This document shows positions 63,070 through 64,000 of a DNA stretch of 64,000 nucleotides, piece after piece (position 1 is the stretch's first letter; each line of letters starts with the position of its first letter). The notes beneath the pieces were generated by a model that was given only the letters and a program-made list of their open reading frames with translations, was not told the DNA's origin and did no database searches. The position numbers were made by a program, and so were the translations under genes. Location: contig JAUZTB010000127.1 of assembly GCA_034780895.1 (NCBI GenBank), positions 27,405,021 to 27,469,020 of the forward strand, in the 5' to 3' direction. Origin of the DNA: Rhynchobatus australiae. Taxonomy: Eukaryota.

Positions 63070-63400
63070 GCTATGCTGTTGAACCAATAATCCAGTGTGT
63101 GAGAGTTCAAATTCTTGCATACCATCCTGAGCAACTGTAATACACTTTAAAGAAATATGAGTGGTGGAGGCCGGGGGGGGGAGCTGATTATCTGGAAAAT
63201 TTTCTTATTAATATCTAATGGAGTCTGCCTTCCCTACCCAGGGCTGGTCTAAATGTGACTACAGTCCCACACCATCGACTCTTAACTTCCCTCTGAGTTG
63301 ACCTAGGCAAGTCACTCAATTGTACCAAAGCTCAGGCCATCAAGGGATGGGCAATAAATACTGCCTTTGTTAATAATGCCTGCACCTCAAGAATAATTAA
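63070..63400 (+). mobile_element. SINE-like element with CR1-type tail
   Basis: tgaaccaataatccag...gagttcaaattc...gactcttaacttccctctgagttgacctaggcaagtcactca...agggatgggcaataaatactgcctttg. Confidence 0.55.
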
Positions 63401-63464
63401 TTTGAAACTGAACTGCGATCCTGGCATTCAGTCACAGTAAAAGGCAGTGGTAGTCCCCACTCCA

Positions 63465-63815
63465 GGGTAGCACAATGGTGTAGTACTAGTGCTACTGCTG
63501 CACAGCTCCAGTGAGCCTGGTTCAATCTGCCCTCAGGTGCTGTCTGTGTGGAGTTTGTACATTCTCCCTGTGACTGCATAGGTTTTCCCCTGTGTGTTCT
63601 GGTTTCCTCCCACATCCTAAAGACATGCTGATAGGGTAACTGGCCACAGTAAATTGTCCCCAGAGTAGGCAGGTGGCAGGAAAACCAGGGAAGGCTGATG
63701 GGCACATGACAGAGAATAAGTTACAGGGAAGTAAATGGGAGTAATGGGAATGCTCCAGGAGCTGGCAATGACTTGATGGGCCAAATGGCCTCCTTCTATG
63801 TTATAAGGAAATATG
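63465..63815 (+). mobile_element. full-length V-SINE (HE1-like)
   Basis: tRNA-like head (tggtgtagt...ggttcaatc), V-domain gtctgtgtggagtttgtacattctccctgtgactgc...ggtttcctcccacatcc, CR1-type tail gacttgatgggccaaatggcctccttct. Confidence 0.8.
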
Positions 63816-64000
63816 ACAACACAGAACTATCATAACCATACCTGCATGACCAGACATGATTGGTTCAGGCCCATCCACCATCAGCTCCTGGGAGGAAGTC
63901 ACTATTCCCAAGCTCACTTGGTGCATTCTAACACACTAAAAATCTCACTGTACAAACTATCTGAAAAACAATACCTTGATCAACAGTGGGCATTCTATAT

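Noticed and set aside
63465-63545. tRNA-like A/B boxes
   Set aside because: Head of a V-SINE, not a tRNA gene; no cloverleaf.

Overview
This is vertebrate genomic DNA with scaffold gaps (mostly 10-N and 100-N), AT-rich and CpG-depleted. The repeat content (V-SINE/HE1-like, DeuSINE-like, CR1, L2, RTE, Penelope-type repeats) suggests a cartilaginous fish; this is an inference. The whole window lies inside one minus-strand gene, TNRC18 (paralog of BAHCC1). I traced 16 coding exons by hand from 58926 down to 2442. All have GT-AG junctions with matching phases, giving 5658 nt (1886 codons). The start codon lies beyond the right edge and the C-terminal Tudor/BAH region beyond the left edge. Main observations worth follow-up: (1) a dispersed, often palindromic Penelope-type repeat whose copies carry degenerate minimal hammerhead ribozyme cores, in one case on both strands; (2) a frame-preserving 21-nt candidate microexon; (3) a candidate intronic polyadenylation isoform that would remove the BAH domain; (4) a tandem donor that would add a stop codon; (5) short direct repeats flanking several assembly gaps; (6) a template-switch-like double inverted repeat. 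Repeat boundaries and family names are by-eye and approximate; no database searches were run.
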